Below are positions 47,586-58,824 of a stretch of DNA of 64,000 nucleotides, one piece after another. The DNA is from Microthyrium microscopicum (lineage: Eukaryota): positions 1,391,275 through 1,455,274 of the forward strand of contig MU004234.1 in NCBI GenBank assembly GCA_010405405.1, read 5' to 3'. Each line of letters begins with the position of its first letter. Position 1 is the first letter of the stretch. A program made the translations under genes and the position numbers. The notes beneath the pieces are model-generated. The model saw only the letters and a list, made by a program, of their open reading frames with translations. It searched no databases and was not told the origin of the DNA.

Positions 47586-48656
47586 ATGACCAGAATCGAA
47601 ATCGTCGACCAGCTCGTCGACCAATTTGTCGACCTTGTCGACAACGTGTCCTCAGCACTGGACACCTACGGCTACTTCTTCATTTGGCTCTTCCAAGTGC
47701 TGCAAATGATGGTCGCCGTATCGATTGAGGATCCCCTCATGAAATACGGCTGGATAGCGCTATCCCCACTGATCTCCTTGTCCCTCGTCGCACTTGTTAG
47801 CGTAACCCAGAAGGGCTACCGCACCTGCCGCCTAAACGGAGCGTTCTTGCGAAAGATTGCCGAGTTGGAAAGCAAAGTCGCGGCCCTGATGGAGCAAGTT
47901 GCGGCAAAGGATGAGTTGACTGAGCGTTCTCAAAAGACCATCGCGCGGTACGAAGAAGAGAATGACCAACTGCGCGACTTGTACGTGGATTTCGAAAAGC
48001 AGCACCGCAACCTCTTCCCATACCAAACCTCTGGCCACTTCTTGAGCCAGCGTGCTGGGGATAGAGCCATTTATTTGGCAAGGGCCGAGTATGCGGAAGG
48101 GCAGTTGCGGTTGGCTGCTATCTACGACGAGGAGCAGCAGGCCGAGATTGCGGGCCTGTCGCATCGGATCAAAGAGCTTGAGACGACTCACCAAGTCAAG
48201 CTCAATGAGATCGAGGCAAGTCACACTGCCTCACTCAAAGAGCTTGACGTCTCGCTCGGAGAGAAGATTGTGGCAGTTAAAGCCAAGCATGAGGCGGAAG
48301 TAGTAGCCCGCGTCGACAAGGAGGCGAAGGAGCTGGCGGAAAAGATGGTGTCCAACCAGGTGCGCTGGCATATCTACCAGGCCGAGCGGCGGGAGCAGAG
48401 GATCGTAAGAGCCTGGAAAGCCAAGGTCGAAACTCTCCTCGCGGGTCGAGATTCCCTTGGTAAGCAATCGGAAACCATTGCTCTGGACTCTGCTGTCGCT
48501 GCTGCTGCCAAAGCGGTAGCTTGCTACCGTAAGGCCAGGGCCATGTGCACCGCGTTGGGCACCGATAACGACAAGTTGAGGCACCAAGTTGAAGAATTGA
48601 AGGATGAACTCGCTGCGTGCGAGCAGATCGCCTATGACCTTGAGAATGGGCTTTGA
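47586..48656 (+). CDS. Orphan protein: two N-terminal TM segments and a long coiled coil
   Basis: Intronless 356-aa ORF after a pyrimidine-rich leader (caagATG). Confidence 0.7.
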   Translation: MTRIEIVDQLVDQFVDLVDNVSSALDTYGYFFIWLFQVLQMMVAVSIEDPLMKYGWIALSPLISLSLVALVSVTQKGYRTCRLNGAFLRKIAELESKVAALMEQVAAKDELTERSQKTIARYEEENDQLRDLYVDFEKQHRNLFPYQTSGHFLSQRAGDRAIYLARAEYAEGQLRLAAIYDEEQQAEIAGLSHRIKELETTHQVKLNEIEASHTASLKELDVSLGEKIVAVKAKHEAEVVARVDKEAKELAEKMVSNQVRWHIYQAERREQRIVRAWKAKVETLLAGRDSLGKQSETIALDSAVAAAAKAVACYRKARAMCTALGTDNDKLRHQVEELKDELAACEQIAYDLENGL

Positions 48657-48792
48657 GCTCACCTTCTTTCTTCTTCTTCTGTCCTCGCCATGATCGACTT
48701 CATTCCGCCAACGGTCTTGTCATCGACCGAGTTTCTCCAACTTAATCAAAATGGAGGGGTGGGTGGGCGAGCTGTTTCCACGAGATTCAGCC

Positions 48793-49077
48793 NNNNNNNN
48801 NNNNNNNNNNNNNNNNNNNNNNNNNNNNNNNNNNNNNNNNNNNNNNNNNNNNNNNNNNNNNNNNNNNNNNNNNNNNNNNNNNNNNNNNNNNNNNNNNNNN
48901 NNNNNNNNNNNNNNNNNNNNNNNNNNNNNNNNNNNNNNNNNNNNNNNNNNNNNNNNNNNNNNNNNNNNNNNNNNNNNNNNNNNNNNNNNNNNNNNNNNNN
49001 NNNNNNNNNNNNNNNNNNNNNNNNNNNNNNNNNNNNNNNNNNNNNNNNNNNNNNNNNNNNNNNNNNNNNNNNNNNNN
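48793..49077. other. Assembly gap (285 N) flanked by an ~80-bp near-identical direct repeat
   Basis: ggtcttg(t/c)catcgaccgagtttctccaacttaatcaaaatggaggggtgggtgggcgagctgtttccacg(a/c)gattcagc at about 48713-48791 and 49103-49181. Confidence 0.97.
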
Positions 49078-49773
49078 TCATCACCTTCTTCAATCCGACA
49101 TTGGTCTTGCCATCGACCGAGTTTCTCCAACTTAATCAAAATGGAGGGGTGGGTGGGCGAGCTGTTTCCACGCGATTCAGCTCGGGCTATCCTTCTTTTA
49201 TCGCCATCAGCACCGTCAACCATCAAACGCGCTTTTCTCCATCGAATGCTCTTTCAGTTCGAGTGCTTTGTCTGCGATCCGTTCTTTTTTCCATCATGGC
49301 TTGTTACGCGGCCTTTGGACGTATTGAACTTTGGACGTTTGCAGTTGAGTTCAGGCCTCATCGACTCTCGAGATCGTACTTCGCGTCATTTGAAGTACTT
49401 GATCTCGGGTCGATGCAGGTTCTGGAGCTCGTGCATCCATTTTGGTATCAACTCTTTTCTTTCGGTGTGATGAAGTTGGCATAAATTGCATGAGGTTGGA
49501 TCAGTGGCGGCTAGCGGCAGCTCCCCTTCGGACCGGTCAAGCGACACCGGGATTTTTCACCAAGATTTGACCTCACACCCAACCAATTTTCAGCCTTGTC
49601 TATCACTGCAGATATTTTGTGTGGCAAGCTTCAATCATGACGAGTGATTGGATTCCGACTCCGGCATTGGACGAGTATTTTTCGACCATGCTTTCCGTAC
49701 TAGTACTCGAGATATCCAATTCAAAATCCATTCCTGCACTTGACCGCTCTCATCGATTCTCTGGCACTCTCAA

Positions 49774-51727
49774 ATGTCTTCAAGGTTTCCTCGGCATGGC
49801 CGAACAGACTCTGTGCCTTATTCGATATCCTCGGAAACAGCTGTGGGCTCAGAAGGAAGATCATCCATTTCCTCTGACACCGTAAATGGCGACTTTACTC
49901 AATCTCCAATTGACAATACTCGACATTCGCGAGATGGCACATCCAATGAGCTGGACAGACTTCAGCAAATTCCGCTCACGTCGCAAGAACCAACTGTCGA
50001 TTCTCTCATTCAGACAGAAGCACAACAACTGAAGAAGAAGCGAGAAGTAGCATCATGGAGCGACCTTCCTCGAAAGGGTCAATTGGCACTCCTCACCATT
50101 TCCCGATTATCCGAACCTTTAACACAAACATCACTTCAATCCTACATGTTCTACCAGCTCAAATCATTCGATCCAGCACTGTCGGATTCTCAGGTTTCAG
50201 CTCAAGCGGGTATGATGCAAGCCGCCTTTACCGCAGCACAATTCCTCACTGCAATATTATGGGGCCGAGCAGCAGACAATGAAAGGATTGGTCGCAAAAC
50301 CGTCCTGATGATCGGTCTCATTGGGACAATGATTTCTGCTCTGGGCTTTGGCTTTTCCAAGAGTTTTCTCATGGCCATGTTCTTTAGAAGTCTTGGTGGA
50401 GCTCTCAATGGCAATGTTGGTGTGATGAGAACAATGATATCGGAAATCATCAAAGAGAAAAAGTTTCAATCCCGCGCTTTCATGGTACTACCAATGACAT
50501 TCAACATTGGAGTCATCATCGGTCCAATATTGGGTAAGTTACAAAGCTTCTGCATATCCAGGCTCATTCTAACGTTATCGAGGTGGTCTTTTATCTGATC
50601 CTGTGGGACAATATCCATGGCTCTTTGGTCCCAACACCTTCATCGGAGGCAAAACCGGAGTTGGCTGGATGATAACATACCCATATGCACTCCCCAATGT
50701 CGCCAGCGCTGTCTTCCTCACCATCTCCACAACTGCAGTCTTTCTCGGCTTAGAAGAAACCCACGAAATGCTCAGGCACAAACCCAACCGCGGCCGCCAA
50801 GTAGGTCTATGGCTACTGCGCAATGTCTTCCGTCGCACCGACCGCTCAACCTACTCCGCGCTTCCCACATCGGACAATCCTGATGACCCCAATGCTGTTG
50901 ACACCAAGTCAAAACCGAAAGCCGGTCCACCAAAACCGCGCCGCAAACTGCCAATTAGCCGCATTTGGACGCGCAACGTAGTAATCACACTTGCCGCCCA
51001 TGGCATCATGGCCATGCATGTCGGCACCTTCAACAACGTCTGGTTTCTCTTCCTCTCCACACCCCGTTTCAACCCAGCGGCACCATATCCACCAGGCGCG
51101 ACCAACACCTTGCCATTCAAGTTCACTGGCGGTCTCGCCATGCCGCCTGCGCGTATCGGTCTCGCGCTTTCCATTCTTGGGACCATCGGCATATTCACAC
51201 AACTCTTTCTCTATCCACGAATCTCCGCCCGTCTGGGAACCCATCGCAGCTACCAACTTTTCCTAGCACTCTTTCCAATTGCGTACCTCCTAGCGCCATA
51301 CATAACACTCCTCCCATCAACATCCGCACCACCAAAAGAAGCAAGCGGACCAGCGGTTTGGGCAGGCATAGCGGTGGTATTGGCCATTCAAGTTATGGCG
51401 AGGACATTTGCGTTACCTGGCATGACCATATTGGTCAACAATTCGTGTCCACATCCTACCGTTCTCGGCACGCTACATGGCATCGCGCAAAGCATATCCT
51501 CCGGAATGCGGTCAATTGGCCCAGCGCTCATGGGATGGACGTATGGGCGAGGCTTAGAGATGGGCGTCGTCGGACTCGCCTTTTGGGGGTTGTGCAGTAT
51601 TGCATGTGTGGGATATGTGGCGGGCTCGTTTGTGAGGGAGGGCAGTGGACATGAGATCATCCTTGAGGAGGAAGAGGATGAGGCGATTGAGATGACCAGT
51701 GGGACGAGCAAGGATGCGGAAAAGTAG
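49774..51727 (+). CDS. Major facilitator superfamily transporter (MFS_1, YCR023C/TetA-like)
   Basis: WGRAAD..IGRKTVL, RSLGGALNGNVGVMRTM.SE, GPILGG, LGTLHGIAQS; intron 50534-50582. Confidence 0.93.
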
Positions 51728-52077
51728 GAGGTGTGGATATCAAGGATATCAAGAGCTGATGTCCTGTGGGATGATAAAGTTTTAATGATCATGATAATAT
51801 CTTATATTCATTTGATGCGTGTGTGTGTGGTCTAATCTATTGACGGTAGTGATATGCTATATTCCTCCAATTCCTGGCGTTCGCCTTTCGTAAATTCATA
51901 TCGACAGTCGCCCACTCTATCCCAACGAGGATTTGGTGTACAAACAATGCTCGAACTCCAAACTATGCATTCATATATAAATCCCTTATTCAAACAATCT
52001 CTCTGGTGCCTGGTCCCAGTAGGTGTTGGTAGCCAAGGCATTTGATCTCTCTCTTCCTCGTGAAATCCTGTAAAGGA

Positions 52078-52236
52078 CTATACATTCGTGCTGGTGTCGC
52101 TACCAATGGTTGTGGTTCCGCCGCCTGTGCGGGCGAGCCTCATTCGTTGCCGTAGCATGAAGATCACATAGCCGACGATGATTATGGCAACGATGAGGAG
52201 GAGAACGATGAGAAAGATGACGAGATTCTCCTTCAT
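52078..52236 (-). CDS. 52-aa single-pass membrane microprotein (below the ORF-track cutoff)
   Basis: MKENLVIFLIVLLLIVAIIIVGYVIFMLRQRMRLARTGGGTTTIGSDTSTNV*; Kozak-like ccgccaacATG; probable 5' UTR intron about 52409-52463 (GTATGA..CTAAT..TTTAG). Confidence 0.7.
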   Translation of the reverse strand: MKENLVIFLIVLLLIVAIIIVGYVIFMLRQRMRLARTGGGTTTIGSDTSTNV

Positions 52237-53094
52237 GTTGGCGGTGGTGTATGATAGAGCTGATTGAGGTGTCTGGTGGAGGATTGTAGGAGACAGGTAA
52301 ATCTGTGAGTAGGTAGGAGGACTCGAGTGGTTTGGAGACTATATCGTGGAGGAGTTGTGGTGTTGCCGACGTCTGGAGGGAGGAAATGGGATGGAATAAG
52401 TATGGAGATCTAAAAATGAGCATTAGTTTCGGCCAAGTATGACAGTGGAAGGGGAAATCATACAAGTGATAATTATCACACCAAATATCGATAGCCGCAA
52501 TTGTCCAGATGTGTGTATCAATGATTATCCAAATGTATGGTTACTGTAAACAATGGATAGTACAGGAGAGATTTGGTGTGAGATATAGACGGGAATTATG
52601 GATGGTAGTAGTACAATTGGGGAAAGTTTGTGATATGCAAGAATGTTCTAGCTCCAGGTACAGCCGTGACTGGTGTTTTATCGGACAAAATGGCAGTGGT
52701 TGGCACTTCCCTCTGGAAAGGTTGGTTTGTTCAGCCTTTTCGTTAGGCTTGGCTGGGCAACGCCATGGAAACGGCCCCGCCATCTGTAAAATCCTTAGCG
52801 GCGAGCTAAAACTGGCTGGCAGCTGCAACTTGCAAGGCGGGAAGGTGGTCCGAGTGCTCAGGCATCACGTGCTTTAGCGTCACTAGCGCGTTTGACTATC
52901 GCGTCTTTCGCGTCTCCTAACCTCACTTCGTCTGATCTGGAATTTGTCCTTCAAGTCTGTTCACTTCCTGAAAAGTCGCTCAGATATCTGATCATTCACC
53001 AATTTGCCCTGAAGGCGATCGATGCCTACGGAACATTCAAAACCCACAAAATTAAATTCAACTACCGCTCTCTCTTCGCACACACCTATTCAAT

Positions 53095-54273
53095 ATGCCA
53101 CCAGGTAGACCTTCGGGAGCCTCAAGAGGTAGACCCTCAGGAGCCCAGGCGATGTCCAATTCAACTCCTGCTCCGTACCAGCCGTTGGCGTTCCCTCTAT
53201 CGTCACAAGGCAAGACGTCTCTCATGCAGATGAGCCAGCGGAGCAAACTACAAGATGTCGACAAACTCCTAAACGATGCGATTAAAACTTTGACAGAATG
53301 CGGCAAGGACCTTGTCGAGATCCGCGCAACCCGAACAGCAGAAGATGAGGATGATGAATTCGACGAGTCGGCCAAGGAAGCTACAAAAAGCATTGAGCAG
53401 CATGTTCGAGCACTTATCGATGGAAGACAGGACATTCTAAATATGCAATACGCGCTTGTACAAGCACAAAGAGGAAGCGTTCAGCAACTTAGGAACCAGA
53501 CCCAAACTCAGCGCTTAAGGGCAGGACAAGACGAAGACGAGGAAATGATGGGTACAGATGTCACGGTAGCGGGAGCATCTCAAAACGCACAAGTTACTGG
53601 GCCATCTCGCATATTCCAAGACTCCGTAGACGACAAGCAAGACCAATACGACAAGCTATCACTCGGCCTCCGCTACTCAGAGCATCCAGACTACGTCGGC
53701 TTCAAACAAGAACTCTGGGACGCCCAACACGCCGCCACAGACGACGCCAACCCGCCCCTCCCACACAGAACCACCTGGTTCACAGATCGTGGCTCCCCCG
53801 ATTTGCACTCTGACAACGAAGGGGACGAAGATGAAATACAAGTCACCAGCGGAAAACTGAGCACCGTGTGTCCATTATCCCGTGGCGAGCTCGTCAAACC
53901 TGTGCGAAGTCACGACTGTGTGCACGTCTTCGAGAAGGCTGCAATTGAGGAATACATCAGACAAAACGCTGGCAGTGTCCAATGTCCGATTCCAGGTTGC
54001 CATACGATGCTTGTAGTTGATCAGTTGTTTGAGGACGAGGCTTTGACGAAGAAGATTAGAAGGATTCAGGAGGGTAGACAAAAGAGTGGTGCTGAGGAGG
54101 AGGACACGCAGATGGAGATGGATGGCGATAGGAACAGGGACTTTGATGATATTGAAGATGATGAGCAGGAGGATGAGGAGGGCGAGGAAGATGATGAAGA
54201 GGAAGAGGAAGAAGAGGAGGATGAAGTTGAGGAGCCTGTGCGTCGCGGGAGCACGAGAATGAGAAATAGATAG
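53095..54273 (+). CDS. NSE2: Smc5/6 SUMO E3 ligase Nse2/Mms21 (SP-RING)
   Basis: RYSEHPDY..FK..LWDA, CPLS..LVKPVRS..C.HVFEK.AI...CPIPGC, acidic tail. Confidence 0.9.
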   Translation: MPPGRPSGASRGRPSGAQAMSNSTPAPYQPLAFPLSSQGKTSLMQMSQRSKLQDVDKLLNDAIKTLTECGKDLVEIRATRTAEDEDDEFDESAKEATKSIEQHVRALIDGRQDILNMQYALVQAQRGSVQQLRNQTQTQRLRAGQDEDEEMMGTDVTVAGASQNAQVTGPSRIFQDSVDDKQDQYDKLSLGLRYSEHPDYVGFKQELWDAQHAATDDANPPLPHRTTWFTDRGSPDLHSDNEGDEDEIQVTSGKLSTVCPLSRGELVKPVRSHDCVHVFEKAAIEEYIRQNAGSVQCPIPGCHTMLVVDQLFEDEALTKKIRRIQEGRQKSGAEEEDTQMEMDGDRNRDFDDIEDDEQEDEEGEEDDEEEEEEEEDEVEEPVRRGSTRMRNR

Positions 54274-54351
54274 ATTTAACTTCTTCATGACCCCATATTT
54301 CCATCTCTCTACACCTCTTTCTACCACTCGAACACAAATTTCAAAACCACG

Positions 54352-55702
54352 ATGGCCGAACAAATCTTCGATAGTCCCATCCCTTCTCGTCCCTCCATCA
54401 AGCTTCCTACCATGATTCTCAATCATCCATTTGCCTTGGCTTTGCTCTTTGAGTTGTTGTTTGAGCACTTCCTGATCCCCTCCGTCGACAAATACGTCAA
54501 CAGCTACGTCAACAACCTCATTCTCACACGCCTCGTGATGATGATTTTCTTCTTCTGCCGCGCCTGGGTCTATATGCATGTCAAGTAAGTTTATTTCTTA
54601 TGCCATCAAATAGCTCTGGCTAACTAGTACTAGGCACGAGGCAACCTGCACATGAAGACGAGACTTTCAAACATTGGGCTGTCCGAAGTAAGAGGTAACC
54701 GCATTTACTCGAGAGGCCTTCGAGACATTGATTGCCGATGGGCCACTGCATCTTCGTGGCTTCTGCTCAAATTCAAATCTGATGAATCGCGATGCCATAT
54801 ACATCGAGGATGGTCAAATACTCTCAAACCTGTTTGCGGGTAATGTAGGTAGTTCACCAGAAGCCGTTCCGTCACTGAACCAATTTTTCCAGACAAGCTC
54901 TCACCTTATACTGCTCCGCGAATGCCGACCGTGTTATAAAAGACTAGGCGGCTCGCATCGCCCTTGATGGCTGACATGGTATATCTTGGGATCTTACGAG
55001 CATGCGCAAAACAGCCAGAGCTCCCTATATTCTCCACTTGGCGCTGTATGATTATGGCGTCTGATATCTCATCTTCGTCATGGTGGCGGAGCATGGGAAG
55101 GATGAGATTATCTTGAAACTCTTTGCACTGCTGGTCCCGGCTGGACAAGTTAACAATGAGATAATTGAGACGATCAGGATACTCCAGCCGGTCTTTGCCA
55201 TAACCGGCTTTGTGGAGATATGGAGAGATGATAGTCGTTCAACAGCGAGTAGGAACGAAAAGCTCTTGATGAGGCTCATTGTCAAGGGCAGGCGGATTTG
55301 TTGTATTGAACCTTTCGACATACTGGCTAACCACTCGTCGCATTCAAGGTCCATGCTTTCCACCAATTTCCCAAGTCATTGCAGGTCTTGAAAGTCTCAG
55401 GTGACGGAAGTCGTGCTCCCGTTGACCAAACGGGCAAAAGAACTTTTAGCTCGAGAGCATTTATGTTACAAAGTCAAACTGAGAAACTCCGTTCTTTCTC
55501 AAAAAATGTGGCTATGCCTCTACTAGACTACTGTCCGATGGTACTCCAGGCTCTGCTCATGATGAGGACAAACGAAAGGCTTTTCTCCGCAAAGATATTG
55601 CCCAACATATGGAATTTGATGGTACTTATTCTTGTGCCTTTACTGGTTAGTCATTCACAGCCACTTGTGCATTCATCAACCTCTACCTCCACTTCCTTCT
55701 GA
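54352..55702 (+). pseudogene. Degenerate orphan gene; first exon and intron resemble those of the 56376 gene
   Basis: Hydrophobic exon 1 (ALALLFE..RAW); phase-2 intron 54585-54633 ending ctaactagtactag; downstream frames broken by stops. 3' extent uncertain. Confidence 0.45.
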
Positions 55703-56309
55703 TTCCCTGCTTTCTTGAGGTGGCCAGATATTGCCCATCGCATCTAGTGGCGCCATCACACTCGATGGCTAATTTGCATCGTGGTTTCCGACGGCTCTTC
55801 TCAAACCAGCTCGATTTCCAAGGTTGTTCTATTTTTCGACCTTTGAATCGTTGATCTTGCAGACAATTGCTTTCAGTGCACTTTGTAATTCCGGAAAGCT
55901 TCAAAGGTCTCCTAATTTCTCACCGTTTTGCTATCGTCTGAGATGTTGATATCGAGTCGAGTGGTTTCTATCGTGCTTGATAACTCGAGTAGACATTGTG
56001 GTATCGCTCACGGTCCACTTGCTCTTTCTAAATCTTCGTTTGCTCTTTCAACTTTCGCCATGCTGCTCGTTCCCTGTTGCTCCATTGCTCTTGCCACATA
56101 ACACTCTGCTCCTTCCACACTACGCTCCGCTCCTCCCATACTGGATCACTGCTCTTTCCCTATCGTTCTCGCTCTGAATTTTCAAAACAAACAAACTCGC
56201 GTGTTTAAATTCTCGCCACTTCCTTCAGTTTTGCACTCTTCTTCCTCCTCTCACACAAACTTCCATATTCAACGATCACTCAACAATTGATCAATTTTCC
56301 AAAACCCAC

Positions 56310-56375
56310 ACCCACCACCAGCAACAGCAACAACAACAACAACAACAACCACCACCACCATCACCATCACCACCA
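56310..56375 (+). repeat. (CAA)n/(CAC/CAT)n compound trinucleotide microsatellite in the 5' leader
   Basis: Directly abuts the ATG at 56376. Confidence 0.9.
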
Positions 56376-57644
56376 ATGGCTACCACGAACGAACAGCCCG
56401 CCAGCAGCAGCAGCGACTTCCAGGGTGAGCCACCCTCTCCTTACTACTACGAGGACCCCACCTTGGTGTCGCTCGTGGCCATTCTTTTGGCGCTGGCGGT
56501 GCTGTTCGAGAAGTCGCTTCAAGACTTCTTCGGGGGAGTCATTCTCTCCTTCTTTTTTCCCGGGGCCATGATGGTCTCAAAAACTTGGCTCGTCTGGTTC
56601 CTCACATAGTAAGAATTCAACACGTCGTTCAATTGAGCTTGACTAACTAGTAGCAGTCAAAGCCTGAAGAGCCATATCGACCCTCGTTTCGTAGGGCTGT
56701 GGGAAAACTGTTGCCGTCTCTCGTCAATCGCCCTTACTTCACATGCGGAAAAAGTCAAATCTGCTAAGGACGGCGAGGAGCTTGTAGCTCTTCGAAGCTA
56801 CATCTCACGACTTGAGCGGTCGCACCCACAGCTCTTCCAACCCGAAACGACCTTCAACTACCATGTTCCTGGAAGTCGCCTGCAGCTTCTTGCCATGATT
56901 GAAGAAGAGAAGGCGCGTCGTCAGCGTTCTGATCTTATCTCTCTTGACTGGAAGCAGCAACATGGCATACTCGCTCAGGCATTTGAGGAGTATAAGCAAG
57001 AGGCAGAGGCTCGCATAGCAAGGGATAGCGACATCATCACAGCTTCCCAAAGCGAAGCAGCCTCCCTCCGCGAGTCGAATTCCACCCTCCAACACCGCTG
57101 CGTTAACCTTAGAGCGGGAAAGGATCGTGTTGAGTACCTCGCGTTGGGTCTTCGGTCAGAGAAGACTCAATTGCTTGGCATCATCAAGGAACTGGAGAAG
57201 AAGAGAGAGGTCGTGGATGAGGTAATGGGAGATACGACTGAGTTTGTTCCCTCTCCAGCTGCCAGTGAAGCAAAGGCTGCGTCCGCGGTGTCGTCGGTGC
57301 CTTCGCCTATGCCGGCGTCGGTACCAGCACCAGAGACTGCGCCAGTTGCTGCTCCTCTTGTGCCTCCAACGGTGATGCCTTTGGCTGAACCCGAGGTCGC
57401 ACCTGAGTCTGCAGCTTCTGCGGAAACTGTGCAGTTTGTTGGGGGTTCATCCTTCACGTTCGTTCCCCACGCGAGTCCAGGGGCGACATCGGTGGTAGCG
57501 GTCCAGTCATCGGCTTCAACAGCAACGGGTACTGCAGCTCCAGTAGTGCTCGACGCCTATGGGTCGGTGACTGGCCGTGACTTGAGCCTATTTGGCCGAA
57601 GTCGACGAAGACCACGCGGCGCTGCCGCAAAGAGAAGGAACTAG
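56376..57644 (+). CDS. Orphan protein: N-terminal TM pair, coiled coil, Pro/Ala-rich region, basic C-terminus
   Basis: Phase-2 intron 56609-56656 (GTAAGA..gactaactagtagcag) joins 56376..56609 in frame to 56895..57644. Confidence 0.75.
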
Positions 57645-58824
57645 AGAAGTTTTTTTGGTCGAGACCAGAAAGTAAAGATTTGTTCCGCACCGGGTTGAGG
57701 CCGCCTTCGGGCGTTGGTGTCCCCTCTGCCACATCTCTCTTACTGTATGCGCATCATCTTGGATTGGATCGAGCTGCTGCTGGTGGGAAGACTATAGACT
57801 CTGAGTTTGCACATCGTCAGTGCTTAGCTCGGGTCTGTGGTCTGACCATCGATGGTTGCTAGAGAAAGGTTTACAGACTCTTGAGATCGCACATCGTCAG
57901 TGTTGAGATCGGGTCTGTAACCTGGAAGCTTGCTCTTTCCTTTCCTCGTGATCGCATACGATTGGCTCGTCCTGACTTGGAGTTTGATGTCAAACTTGAG
58001 GACGACTCTGGGACTTGGGGTGGCATCCAAGTCTGCATTCTGGGTTGGCAGCCAGTTTTGTCGTCCTCTTGCTTAATTCAATCCCCAGTCACTACTTTCT
58101 CTAACCACTCTTATCACCATTCACCACTTCCTTCTCCACCTGTCACTACTTTCTATTCATTGTTATGTTGTGTATTTGTACTTTCCTCTTGGGTTTTGTA
58201 TTATACACTTTAGTCTGTATCAAATATTACATGTCATATGTACACTTCCTTGATTTCCATTCCATCGTGACCATCTTTACCGTAATATGGAGACTTTGAA
58301 ACTTCTCAGTATCTAGACAATCTGTCTCTGTTGATTCTCGTCTCTTTGAAACTACTGTACCTTTTTGCGAGAGTTGATATCGTAGTGGAATGCTTCCTCA
58401 GCCTCGCGCATCTTCCTCCGTCCTTAAAATCCCAGACTGGTCACAATATGTGCCTCTTCTTACATGATATACGTTCTGTACCTGCTCATAAAATATGCCG
58501 GCTTTACTCTTGGCTATCAACTGTGTAGTCTTGTGAGGAACCAGGCCATGGCCAAGTCGCTTGAAATGCGGAAGGCGGTACAATCCTTTTCTTTCCACGT
58601 TAGATGAAGAGCTGAGCATCATTGCAGAGTTTGTCGCCCAGGAAAGGTCAATAGTTATTGAGAAAAGCAGATCGATGGGAGTTAGGCACAACAGGGTTAT
58701 CTATCGAACAACAGATGCAACGCGACACATGCATGCCAGCAGAGAGTTTCCAGCAGTTTCAACAGCCGCTTGCCGCATCATGGAGCGCTCACCAACCAAA
58801 TACCAAACAGACTTTATGCATCAT

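Noticed and set aside
48690..49484. ORFs spanning the N-run
   Set aside because: Artefacts of translating through an assembly gap.
56287..56571. Poly-Asn/poly-His ORF
   Set aside because: TTG-started alternative frame through a leader microsatellite; the spliced gene uses ATG 56376 in another frame.
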